Source: a virus
Lineage: Duplodnaviria > Caudoviricetes
Virus record (IMG/VR): IMGVR_UViG_3300033407_000005
Span: 11,735 to 75,734 of that record
DNA length: 64,000 nt
Strand: one strand, 5' to 3'
Shown here: positions 16,818-25,033 of the stretch, one piece after another
How positions within the stretch are numbered: the first letter of the stretch is position 1
Layout of the letters: the number at the start of each line of letters is the position of its first letter
The notes under the pieces: generated by a model
What the model was told of the DNA's origin: nothing
The model's input: only the letters and a program-made list of their open reading frames with translations
Database searches by the model: none
Program-made: the position numbers and the translations under genes

Positions 16818-16846
16818 CTAAATTTAGTCCCTTGACCGCCAATTGA
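16493..16846 (+). CDS. Cargo ORF of B2, probably truncated
   Basis: Starts at the ATG in the TIR (MTSS) and runs through the right TIR. Confidence 0.5.
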   Translation: MTSSNSGEKQMLDKLGNVMRGAEIDREVIDSGLAVLTRQVRETWLATDYPKAMRSDGAQFRHACLHATKAIGKITALIDHADHERLDDPRSPGREPRAIRRGSHVYNSPKFSPLTAN

Positions 16847-16945
16847 CCGCCAATTGACCGCCACTTCACATAAGCCCGGCACGTCTCGGGCCTCACGTAA
16901 TCGCAGGTCCGCTCGCCCCACCAGCCGAGCAGCGCCCGGATCGCG
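16818..16945 (-). repeat. Right arm of long inverted repeat
   Basis: Reverse complement of 14777-14915 minus one 11-mer. Confidence 0.95.
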
Positions 16946-16953
16946 TAGCCGGC

Positions 16954-17850
16954 ATGGCTGACAGAGCCCTCGGCAAATGGCCCAGCGACGGGCTTGCCGA
17001 ATGGCAAGAGGGCGATACCGCCTTCCTGTCGCTCGCCTTCACCTGGCGTCTCGACGACGCCTACATGCGCGCGATGTGGTGGCGCGCTCGCGGGTTTCGG
17101 GTGCGCGCCGGCGGCCCCGGCATCTTCACGCGGAAGCACTACCTCGCCGAGGTCGCGGAGATCGGCGGCGATTATCCCGACGCGATCGCGCGGCACAGCC
17201 CAAACGCGACGATTGCCAGCCGCGGGTGCCCGGTCGGATGCTGGTTCTGTATCGTGCCGAAGATGGAGGGCCGCAACTTCACGCTGCTACCGGAGTTCCC
17301 GGTGCGGCCGGTGCTGTGCGACAACAACCTGTCGGCGCTCCCGCCCGCCTATCAAGATCACATCATCGCGCGCTACCAGGGCGCCGGCGTGCCTTTGCTC
17401 GACGCGAATAGCGGTTTCGAGCCGCGCACCTTCGACGAGGATGTGTTCGCGCGCTGGCGGGTGATCAACAAAGGCCCCTGGCGCTTCGCCTATGACGATC
17501 AGGCCGAGCGGGCTTATGTCGAGCGCGTCATGCGGATGCTGCGCGCCGTGCCGCGGCGGCGGAAGCAGATCTACACGCTGATCGGCAACGAGCCTTTCGC
17601 GGCGTGCAAAGAGCGGATCGACGAGGTTGTCGGCTGGGGCGGGGAGCCCTACGCCCAGCCCTATATGAAGCTCAACGCCCTGGAAAAGCGGCCGCACGTC
17701 CGGTTCGACTGGACGGAAGGGCTGCTGCTGCGGTTGCAACGCTGGTGCAACTATTCCCGCCGCTCGGGAGTGACCTGGGAGGAATACCGCGCCTCGGCCA
17801 AGACCAGCCGTCGCGACGACGGCCCGATGCTGGATTTCGCCGATGGCTGA
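16954..17850 (+). CDS. Radical SAM superfamily protein
   Basis: ASRGCPVGCWFCIVPKMEG (CxxxCxxC), upstream AGGP, DNN. Confidence 0.85.
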   Translation: MADRALGKWPSDGLAEWQEGDTAFLSLAFTWRLDDAYMRAMWWRARGFRVRAGGPGIFTRKHYLAEVAEIGGDYPDAIARHSPNATIASRGCPVGCWFCIVPKMEGRNFTLLPEFPVRPVLCDNNLSALPPAYQDHIIARYQGAGVPLLDANSGFEPRTFDEDVFARWRVINKGPWRFAYDDQAERAYVERVMRMLRAVPRRRKQIYTLIGNEPFAACKERIDEVVGWGGEPYAQPYMKLNALEKRPHVRFDWTEGLLLRLQRWCNYSRRSGVTWEEYRASAKTSRRDDGPMLDFADG

Positions 17851-18196
17851 GCGCTTCTACACGCTGGCGGAGGCCGCGGCCGAGCTCGGCATCCACAAGC
17901 GCACGCTGCAGCGCCGCATCGCCGAATCGGGGCTTGCCTTTGCCCGGCCGGGGCGCGCTCCCTTATTGACCGAAACGGACATGAAGCTGCTGCTGGAGAC
18001 CACGCGATGCCGCTCAAGCTCATCCCGCCCGGACAGCGCCGCGGCAACCCGTTCTTCCTCCTCCGAGGGTCGGTCGGCGGCCGAGAGCTTGAGGTCTCTA
18101 CAAAGACGGCGGACCGGAAGGCTGCTCGGCGATTTAAGGCGGAGTTCGAGCGGGCCCTCGCGCAGGATCGTCTCCCTGGACCTGGAGAGACGCTGA
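17843..18196 (+). CDS. xis: Excisionase-like HTH protein
   Basis: FYTLAEAAAELGIHKRTLQRRI; overlaps the start of int. Confidence 0.8.
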   Translation: MAERFYTLAEAAAELGIHKRTLQRRIAESGLAFARPGRAPLLTETDMKLLLETTRCRSSSSRPDSAAATRSSSSEGRSAAESLRSLQRRRTGRLLGDLRRSSSGPSRRIVSLDLERR

Positions 18197-19017
18197 GCTT
18201 TGCCCGGGCGGCCGAGCTCTACATCGACTGGCGCGACCCCAGCCGCGCCGATCGGCGGCGCCTGGCGCGGCTCGGGGCCGTCATCGGGCGCCGGATGGTC
18301 GCCGATATCCGCCAGGTCGACCTGGTCGAGGCGGCCAACCTGCTCGCCCCCGACAGATCGGCGGCGACCAGGAACCGCGAGGTCATGCGGCCGGCCGCCA
18401 CGGTGCTGCACTACGCCGCGACGAACGGGTTTTGCCAATGGCTCCGGGTCGCGCTGTTCCGCGAGCCCCGGCCAAAGACGCGGGCGGTCTCGCTCGACAC
18501 GGCGGCGACGCTGGTCCAGGCCGCGCCGGACGGGCCGCGCCGGCTCTTCCTCCTATGGAGCTTTCGCCAGGGGACCCGCATCTCGGACACGCTGCGCGTC
18601 GAATGGGCGCAACTCGACCTGCCGCGGCAGACCGTGCGCATGAAGATCGGCAAGACCGACCGCTGGGCCAAATACCCGCTGCACCCGGAAGTGTTCGAGA
18701 TCCTGGCCGCGATCCCCGCCGAGGCGCAGCGCGGCCGGCTCTTCCCGTGGCGCCAGAAAACCGGTGTCTACGCCTGGCTGCGGCCGATGACCCGCCGGCT
18801 CGGCATCCAGTTCACCCCGCACATGGCGCGCCACTCGCTCGGCACCTGGCTCAACGGATCGGGCGCGGGCCTCCGAACGATCATGGCCGCGCTCGGCCAC
18901 GCCGACGCCAAATCCTCGATCCGCTACCAGGACGCCGATGTCGAGATCGTGCGTGCCGCCAGCCAAAAACTCGGGCAATTATCGGGCGGACCCTTACGCA
19001 AGGCGCAGGGAGGCTAG
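18007..19017 (+). CDS. int: Tyrosine integrase
   Basis: GTRISD, HMARH, LGH and IRY catalytic residues. Confidence 0.95.
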   Translation: MPLKLIPPGQRRGNPFFLLRGSVGGRELEVSTKTADRKAARRFKAEFERALAQDRLPGPGETLSFARAAELYIDWRDPSRADRRRLARLGAVIGRRMVADIRQVDLVEAANLLAPDRSAATRNREVMRPAATVLHYAATNGFCQWLRVALFREPRPKTRAVSLDTAATLVQAAPDGPRRLFLLWSFRQGTRISDTLRVEWAQLDLPRQTVRMKIGKTDRWAKYPLHPEVFEILAAIPAEAQRGRLFPWRQKTGVYAWLRPMTRRLGIQFTPHMARHSLGTWLNGSGAGLRTIMAALGHADAKSSIRYQDADVEIVRAASQKLGQLSGGPLRKAQGG

Positions 19018-19029
19018 AGAGTGCACCAG

Positions 19030-19075
19030 CTTGGTAAGGGAGAGGTCGAAAGTTCAATCCTTTCTGGCAGCACCA
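19030..19075 (+). other. att core: 3' half of tRNA-Thr(GGT)
   Basis: Anticodon loop ttggtaa, T arm gaaag-ttcaatc-ctttc, tggcagc-a-cca; 5' half absent; 13 bp after the int stop. Confidence 0.9.
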
Positions 19076-19802
19076 CCTAACGCGTTGAGATTGTTGCGAC
19101 CAGGAAACCCGGCCCGACGCTGCGACGAGGCACCAAGATGACACAAAACGACAGAACGTGACGGAAACTGTCGGGGAATCGCCGGGTAAAATGTTCGCGA
19201 TTCGCCCTCACGACGCAAGCCGCAGGCTTGTTGGTTAGCGCAAGCTGGGGTTGATCTTTGGGTGATTGCGGGTTGGCTCGGACATTCTCACGCTCGTACT
19301 TCTGAGTTATATTTGCATCATCATCCATCGTTCCCTACAATCCGCCAGGAAGGTCATGGACTGATGGACCCCGTATCAAGCCATCGAATACGCGGTTGAA
19401 TTGCTAGTAAAAACGGGGTTCGTCTTCAAATACCAGTCGATGAAGACTGAAGCGAGATATTATCGGTGGTCCGACAACGAGCATAACGTGATCCGAGTCC
19501 GCCGCTCACAAACACGATCGTGGGATGCCTGGAATGGGGCGAATAGTGGCGAGAGTTACTTTCTCACCTAAAGCGACACCCGCGCATGGATTCTCTCACG
19601 AGCATGTCGAGAACGTAGTAGCCAGCGCTATCGGCCTGTACCACCTTCGGGTGACAGGGGCGATCGTCTACAAGGGGAAGCAGCCGCGACGGACATCTAC
19701 CACCAGAACTACCGTGCCGGAGCCTCCGCTGGTCGCGGTGTCCGGATAACGGTTTACCACAGCCCCGATCATCTCGGGCAAGCACGGAAGGTAATCCCTA
19801 GC

Positions 19803-20087
19803 ATGGCACTCTACCAACTTCCCATATCGGGAGACTTCATCGACCCCGAGACTGTGCGAGAGATCACGGTCTTGCCGAAGTCGCGGCATTTCAGCGTCGC
19901 GCATCCGGCGGCAACCTACCCGCCCCGCGTTGTTTTGGTCACCGCCGGCGGCGGGTCCCGAGTCCTGGTTTGCGACGGTGATGCCCACGCAATCGAGATC
20001 AGGGACGAGATCGCGCAAGGCTGTGGTGCGGCACCTCGCGAACGAGGCTTTGGAGCACGGAAAGGTGATGGAGGAACCGGACCGTGA
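19803..20087 (+). CDS. Hypothetical protein
   Basis: 94 aa, coupled to the next ORF. Confidence 0.55.
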   Translation: MALYQLPISGDFIDPETVREITVLPKSRHFSVAHPAATYPPRVVLVTAGGGSRVLVCDGDAHAIEIRDEIAQGCGAAPRERGFGARKGDGGTGP

Positions 20088-20413
20088 TTGACACCTTCAA
20101 GCTCGTCGGCAAGCGGGTCGAGCCAAATCCCGACCCAATCTATAGCCCGATATTCCACCAGATGGTCGGCCCGCTTCTGGTTTCGACGGTCTTTCTCGGC
20201 AGCGCCCCGCGGCGCGGCGACGGGCCGCCGTTGCCGTTCGAGACGATGATCCTTGACGACGGCGAGTCTCTGCACGAAGCGCGGACCGCGACTTGGGAAC
20301 AGGCCGAGCGGGCGCATGCCGAAGCTGTCGCCATAGCGACGGCCCGGGTCAATGGCGCGGACCGGGGATATCCGGACTCCCCGCCCATCTCGTGCAAGCA
20401 CGGAAGGTCATAG
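20084..20413 (+). CDS. Phage hypothetical protein
   Basis: LLVSTVFLG...PLPFETMI...TWEQAERAHAEAV, a common phage motif. Confidence 0.7.
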   Translation: MIDTFKLVGKRVEPNPDPIYSPIFHQMVGPLLVSTVFLGSAPRRGDGPPLPFETMILDDGESLHEARTATWEQAERAHAEAVAIATARVNGADRGYPDSPPISCKHGRS

Positions 20414-20418
20414 ATTTG

Positions 20419-20745
20419 ATGGACAACATGGTTGAACGAGCAGCGCGGGCCGCCTACGGCAAATGGCGGGAAGCACTAGGGACCGGCGCGTTCCCGTCAT
20501 GGGAGGTTATCCCGCCGACAACCCGCGAAATGTATGTCTCGACACAACGCGCCGCGATCGAGGCGATGCGCGATGTCGATAGCGGATCACCTGAGATATT
20601 GGCTGCTGGCAAGCAATCCCTCTACTCATGCTCAGAAGACCCCGAGCTTGAAGACGCTCGCGGCTGCTGGCACAAGATGATCGACGCCATGCTCGCCGAG
20701 TTCTCCGGACTGTCCGGAAAACCCCCGTCGATGACCGGAAAATAA
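20419..20745 (+). CDS. Phage hypothetical protein
   Basis: MVERAARA...ARAAIEAMR...WHKMIDAML family. Confidence 0.7.
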   Translation: MDNMVERAARAAYGKWREALGTGAFPSWEVIPPTTREMYVSTQRAAIEAMRDVDSGSPEILAAGKQSLYSCSEDPELEDARGCWHKMIDAMLAEFSGLSGKPPSMTGK

Positions 20746-20798
20746 TGGCAACATCCGTCAAACTGTGGCACCTAAAGGCTTGATACGTCGTGTGGCCG

Positions 20799-20848
20799 CT
20801 GCCTTCACACGGCAGGGGTCACTGGTTCAATCCCAGTCGCGCCCACCA
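20799..20848 (+). other. Second att-like core: 3' part of tRNA-Val(CAC)
   Basis: ctgcc-ttcacac-ggcag anticodon arm, actgg-ttcaatc-ccagt T arm, cgcgccc-a-cca; no matching 5' acceptor strand. Confidence 0.88.
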
Positions 20849-20929
20849 TTGTTTCAATGCGTTATGATATACGAGAAAATGGTGGCCATTATAATATGAC
20901 CGGATTGCACCGCAGCATCGCAGGCGCAC

Positions 20930-21388
20930 ATGACCGACTATGATCCCTATCTCCATCGCCTTGAGGCCGACAGCGCAGCCAAGTCCGAGGCCGTGCGCCA
21001 GATGATCATAGAGGCCGGCCGACCTGACGTGCTGGCCCAATATGACGAGGCGATGCGGCTCAACCGGCTCGGCATCACCGGCGCGCGAGCGACCTGGCAT
21101 AGCATCTCACCGGCACAGCGTGCCGCTCTCTTCGGCGCGGCGCATTGGGGCGGGAGGGTAGCGAAGCGCAAGGATTCTCCACGCTGCTATGGTTTCGCCG
21201 TCAACGGCGGGGTGACTGGGACGCTCTATCCGATCCGCATTTCGACAATTCGCAACCTTTGCGAGCGAGAGTTGATGGCGTGGGACGGCGGCGCGTTTGA
21301 TCCAGAAGCCGAAGCGGTTGTCACCGAGCGCGGGTGCTTCGTGCTGGCCCACGGGCCGATGCCGAACGGCGAGAGATTCACCGGCTGA
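20930..21388 (+). CDS. Moron-like hypothetical protein
   Basis: AT-rich upstream region with tataat; own terminator. Confidence 0.7.
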   Translation: MTDYDPYLHRLEADSAAKSEAVRQMIIEAGRPDVLAQYDEAMRLNRLGITGARATWHSISPAQRAALFGAAHWGGRVAKRKDSPRCYGFAVNGGVTGTLYPIRISTIRNLCERELMAWDGGAFDPEAEAVVTERGCFVLAHGPMPNGERFTG

Positions 21389-21396
21389 AACGACGA

Positions 21397-21436
21397 AGGC
21401 CGGCGCGGGAATCGCTCCCGGCCGGCCTGTCTTTTT
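21397..21436 (+). terminator. Rho-independent terminator
   Basis: aggccggc...gccggcct stem followed by gtcttttt, between convergent genes. Confidence 0.65.
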
Positions 21437-21497
21437 GCGGCGGATTTATTCCGAACCTATTCCTGGAGCATCACTCCCGCCCCGCTGCCTTGGCGTC

Positions 21498-21878
21498 CTA
21501 CCGGACGGCGCCGGCGACCTTGGCGGCCTCGGCGATCAGCTGCCGCGCGATGCCGGCGATCCAGGCGGCGCGCTCCTCGGGCGAGGTGCTGTCGCCCTCT
21601 GGCGGCCCCAAGGCGCAGAACCGCTCGCCAAAGCCCCTGATCGCCGCGACCGCGAGCCCGGCCGCCCCGCCGGTCGCGGCGTTGCCGGCCATCGTGCCGG
21701 CGGCAAGGGCGAGCTGCACCAGCGGGTTGGCCTCGGCCTTGTGGAACTCGGCGCAGCCCCGCGCGATCGCCGGGCCGGCGCGCTCCTCGAACCGGGCGAT
21801 TGCGGCGGTGATGCCGGCGCAGCCGGCGAGCAGGGCAACAGCGATCACGCCGGCCAGCGCCGGCTTCCTGAGACACAT
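21498..21878 (-). CDS. Lipoprotein (spanin-like)
   Basis: Lipobox LLAGC, located in the lysis region. Confidence 0.65.
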   Translation of the reverse strand: MCLRKPALAGVIAVALLAGCAGITAAIARFEERAGPAIARGCAEFHKAEANPLVQLALAAGTMAGNAATGGAAGLAVAAIRGFGERFCALGPPEGDSTSPEERAAWIAGIARQLIAEAAKVAGAVR

Positions 21879-21938
21879 CGGAGTTTTCCTTTTCGGCGGG
21901 GGAGAGGGAGGGGGCCGCGATCCACGCGCGGCGCGGGT

Positions 21939-22418
21939 TCAGCCCGCGGCCGAGGCGGTGTTGAGCTGCCCGGTGGTCATCGAGCCGGCCGGGAACACCG
22001 GCGGCGACACCGGCGGCGTCACCGGCGAGGCGGCGACCGGCATCATCGCGGTCGGGAAGAGGCGGTTGAGTTCGGCCCGAAGATACGTATCGGTTGCGGC
22101 CGGATTGTCGGGGTCCAGGCCGATCGAGCGCAATGCCGGCGCGAACTTGGCGACCGCATAGGGCAGCGCGAACGCCAGGATCGCATTCTTCGTTTCGATG
22201 TGATCGTAGCCCTTGGCGGCAATCGTATCCCGCATGGCGCCGGCGCCGGCCTGGATCGCCTTGCCGAGCGCATCGTCGAAGGCCTGGATCGCCTCGCTGT
22301 TCGCCTCGATGCCCAGCTTCCGGGCAAAGCGGCTCAGTGCCCATGTGCCGAACGTCGTGAGCGCAATCGCGCACAGCGATATGACCGCGCCGAAGATCGG
22401 CGAGAGATCGACTTCCAT
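21939..22418 (-). CDS. Holin-like membrane protein
   Basis: N-terminal transmembrane helix; DDALGKAIQAGAG pattern. Confidence 0.65.
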   Translation of the reverse strand: MEVDLSPIFGAVISLCAIALTTFGTWALSRFARKLGIEANSEAIQAFDDALGKAIQAGAGAMRDTIAAKGYDHIETKNAILAFALPYAVAKFAPALRSIGLDPDNPAATDTYLRAELNRLFPTAMMPVAASPVTPPVSPPVFPAGSMTTGQLNTASAAG

Positions 22419-22485
22419 TGCCGCTTCCTTTTGGTTCCGAGGATCGTCAGCGCCGAGCGCCTTGTGTGGGGAACGGATGCGTCGG

Positions 22486-22959
22486 CTAGGGCAGGATGGG
22501 GCTGGCGCTCGCGTGCGCCGGCGGGCTTCTACCCTTCCAGAGATGCGAGTAGATTCGCGCCGCCCCATCGAGCGAATGCCAGGCGAATTCCACGTCGCAA
22601 AACGAGTCCCAACTCGGTTTACCCGCGAGCTTGTCCCACGCGAGGAAACGGCCGGTTTCCGGCAATCGGGATCTGAAGTGGTCGGCCCCCCACAACAATA
22701 CGTTGCCGAATCGGAAGAGCGGGGTCGGATCAAAGAGACCAGCGTCGCCCGCAATACCAATGCCGGCGTGTCGATCGGAACCTGCCCAATTTTTTGGCGC
22801 GCCATTCGGCATGCTGCCTTTGCTGCCGCACGACCCTCGCGAAAAAGCGATGCCATAGGGCGGATCACTGATCACTGCATCGGCCGTCAGCCCTCGCGCA
22901 ATCTCCCGGCAGTCGCCGAGATACAGCGTCGCATCGCCGATGCGCTCGATCCGGGGCAT
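22486..22959 (-). pseudogene. Truncated DNA amino-methyltransferase
   Basis: TLYLGDC, ISDPPYG, WDK, DVEFAW; ends before HPTQKP and the FxGxG SAM-binding motif. Confidence 0.75.
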
Positions 22960-22969
22960 CGGGCGCGGC

Positions 22970-23725
22970 TCAGACCCCGTGCCGGGCGCGATAGGCGCGC
23001 ATCGCCCGGCGGGTCAGCGGGCCCGGGTCGCCGTCGATCGCGCCGCGGTAGTCGCCGGCCGCGGCAAGCGCGCGCTGCGCCGCCTTCTGCAGCTCCACCG
23101 GATCGGCGGGCGATTGATGAAGCGGCGCGGGAGCGGCGTCGGGGCCGGCGAACTCGCCGCTCGCCAGGTATTGCTCGAACAGCCGGTTCTTTTCCGCGTC
23201 GACAGTGCCAAAGCTGTTGCCGACAGCTTTCTTGATCTTATCCCAGCCGCCGCCGCGGTAGCGCCAGCGCATGTAGGCGACCGTGATCACGGCCGAATTT
23301 TCCGGGACGTTCACGAGGTCGGGGTTCACCACCAGGTCGAGACCGGACAGCTCGGCGAGCTTTGCGTAATTGGCGCGCCCGGTGAGCTGCACCCCGCCGC
23401 GGCCGCGGAACTTGTAGCCGTCGCCGGGCTCGGTGTTGCCGAGCTGCCGGCCCGTGCCGTGCGACCCGTACACGTAGTTGAAGAACCACTCCGGGTAGGG
23501 CTTCAGGTCATCGATAAAGGCGTCGCCTTTTCCCCCCAGAGCGGTCTTGAAGATCGAGCGGATCCTGTCGTTGGCGGTGCGGGTATAGGCCATTTCGGTT
23601 TGCGGTATCCAGCCGCTCTCGCCGCCGACGATCGCCGCGATCCCCGCGCGCAGCTCGTTGTCCGCGATCCCCTGCGCATCCATCGCCGCGCGCAGCAGAT
23701 CGGCGTTCAGTGCCTGGTCGCTCAT
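22970..23725 (-). CDS. Endolysin, GH19-like with C-terminal peptidoglycan-binding domain
   Basis: GNTEPGDGYKFRGRGGVQLTGRANY; QRAL...YRGAIDGDPGPLTRRAM. Confidence 0.9.
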   Translation of the reverse strand: MSDQALNADLLRAAMDAQGIADNELRAGIAAIVGGESGWIPQTEMAYTRTANDRIRSIFKTALGGKGDAFIDDLKPYPEWFFNYVYGSHGTGRQLGNTEPGDGYKFRGRGGVQLTGRANYAKLAELSGLDLVVNPDLVNVPENSAVITVAYMRWRYRGGGWDKIKKAVGNSFGTVDAEKNRLFEQYLASGEFAGPDAAPAPLHQSPADPVELQKAAQRALAAAGDYRGAIDGDPGPLTRRAMRAYRARHGV

Positions 23726-23907
23726 CGGCGCAATACCTTGATCGCGTGCGGCCCGAGGCTCAGCGTCACCGGCTCCCCGCTGCGGTCCTTGTAGACCACG
23801 GTGCCGGTGTCCTCGTCGGCGCTGACCAGTTCGCCCTTGTTGGCGTTCGCCAGGCTGTCGAGCCGCACCGCGTTGAAGGCCTTGGCGCCGTCGCCGTCGA
23901 TCGTCAT
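23722..23907 (-). CDS. Small hypothetical protein
   Basis: 61 aa, coupled. Confidence 0.6.
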   Translation of the reverse strand: MTIDGDGAKAFNAVRLDSLANANKGELVSADEDTGTVVYKDRSGEPVTLSLGPHAIKVLRR

Positions 23908-24419
23908 GGTTTCCGCTCCTCCGTTTCCGTCTCAGCGAGCCGGAACTGCGTCATCCGGTCGGCGATGATCGCCTCCAGCTCCGCGATCCGCATTTCGGTC
24001 CGCTCGATCTCCGACTGTTCGGCCGGCGTGATCTCGCGCCCGGCCGCCTCGGTCAGCGCCACGACCCGGCGCAGCATGATCAGCGCCAGCCTGGCCTGGT
24101 CCAGCTCGCCCTGCCGCGCCGCGGTCATGTCGCTGTTGACCAGCGTGTGGATCTGCCGCAGCTGGGCGTGCGTCTCCGCGACATCGGTCCGGGTCGCCGC
24201 CGCGACCGATCGCGCCACGGTCGCCGCCACCTCGGCCACCTCGTCGGTCTTCGCGAGAGTGCGGCGCGCGGTCTCGTCGGCCTTCACCGCCACCTGGTCC
24301 TGCCGGGCGATGTCCTCCGCCCTCTCGCGGCGCCGGGAGCGCTCGTTGAAGAGGTTGATGGCGATCGGCGTCCCGAGGGACAGCACCCACACGACGGCAA
24401 TCGCACCCCAGACGCCCAT
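23904..24419 (-). CDS. Membrane-anchored coiled-coil protein (holin-like)
   Basis: N-terminal TM; IHTLVNSDMT motif. Confidence 0.65.
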   Translation of the reverse strand: MGVWGAIAVVWVLSLGTPIAINLFNERSRRRERAEDIARQDQVAVKADETARRTLAKTDEVAEVAATVARSVAAATRTDVAETHAQLRQIHTLVNSDMTAARQGELDQARLALIMLRRVVALTEAAGREITPAEQSEIERTEMRIAELEAIIADRMTQFRLAETETEERKP

Positions 24420-24722
24420 CTACCGGTACTCCAGCCGGCTCTTCATCCAATCGATCTGCCCGGGGATGTCGGGGCGGGAAGCCGCCGGCTCCCGCCTGTC
24501 GGTGTCCTCGAGGCCGGCCCGCGACGGCGCCGCCGGCAGGGGTGACCCCCGCTGAGCTTGTCCTCGCCCCCGCTTTCGCGAGGACAAGCTCAGCGGGGGC
24601 GAGGGCAGGCTTGGGGCGGGGCTGAAATAATCCGCCGGCACCGCGCACAGCGACGGCGGGCCGTCGGGGCACGCCGCGCACCCGCCCAGGAGCGCCAGCA
24701 CAAGGGTCAGCGCGCGCCTCAT
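24420..24722 (-). CDS. Lipoprotein (Rz1/spanin-like) containing a hairpin
   Basis: LALLGGC lipobox, Pro-rich. Confidence 0.55.
   Translation of the reverse strand: MRRALTLVLALLGGCAACPDGPPSLCAVPADYFSPAPSLPSPPLSLSSRKRGRGQAQRGSPLPAAPSRAGLEDTDRREPAASRPDIPGQIDWMKSRLEYR
24546..24599. repeat. Perfect 22-bp-stem hairpin with REP-like loop
   Basis: cccccgctgagcttgtcctcgc / gcgaggacaagctcagcggggg. Confidence 0.85.
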
Positions 24723-25033
24723 TTCTTCGCCCCAGGTTGCAGCGACCTGATCGCGTTCGACACCGCCAGGTTCGTTTTTAGATCGCTGAGCGCGGTCCGC
24801 ATCTCACTGGTGAACAGCTTCTCGTCGGTCTTTGCCTGCTCGAAGCGGGCCGCCAGGGTGTCGACCTTCGCCGCCAACAGCATCTGTTCGGTCGCCAGGC
24901 CGTTGAGAACCTGCTTGTCGTCGTACCGCATGACGGCAAGGCCGACAGCCGCCGACCCCAGGAGCGCGACAGCCGTGGCGATCGTCGGCAGGTTGAGGGT
25001 CGTGTCGACCTTGAGCATCGGCCGCAAGCTCAT
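24719..25033 (-). CDS. Single-TM coiled-coil lysis-region protein
   Basis: LNLPTIATAVALLGSAAVGLAV. Confidence 0.65.
   Translation of the reverse strand: MSLRPMLKVDTTLNLPTIATAVALLGSAAVGLAVMRYDDKQVLNGLATEQMLLAAKVDTLAARFEQAKTDEKLFTSEMRTALSDLKTNLAVSNAIRSLQPGAKK

Noticed and set aside
15186-17850. Recurrent ATGGCTGA at gene starts as a special motif
   Set aside because: Explained by ordinary start/stop overlap for translational coupling.
19365-19700. Intact gene after attP
   Set aside because: Coding signal is split across frames; likely a decayed hypothetical gene.
19015-20848. Complete tRNA genes
   Set aside because: Both lack a 5' acceptor strand and D arm; treated as att cores.
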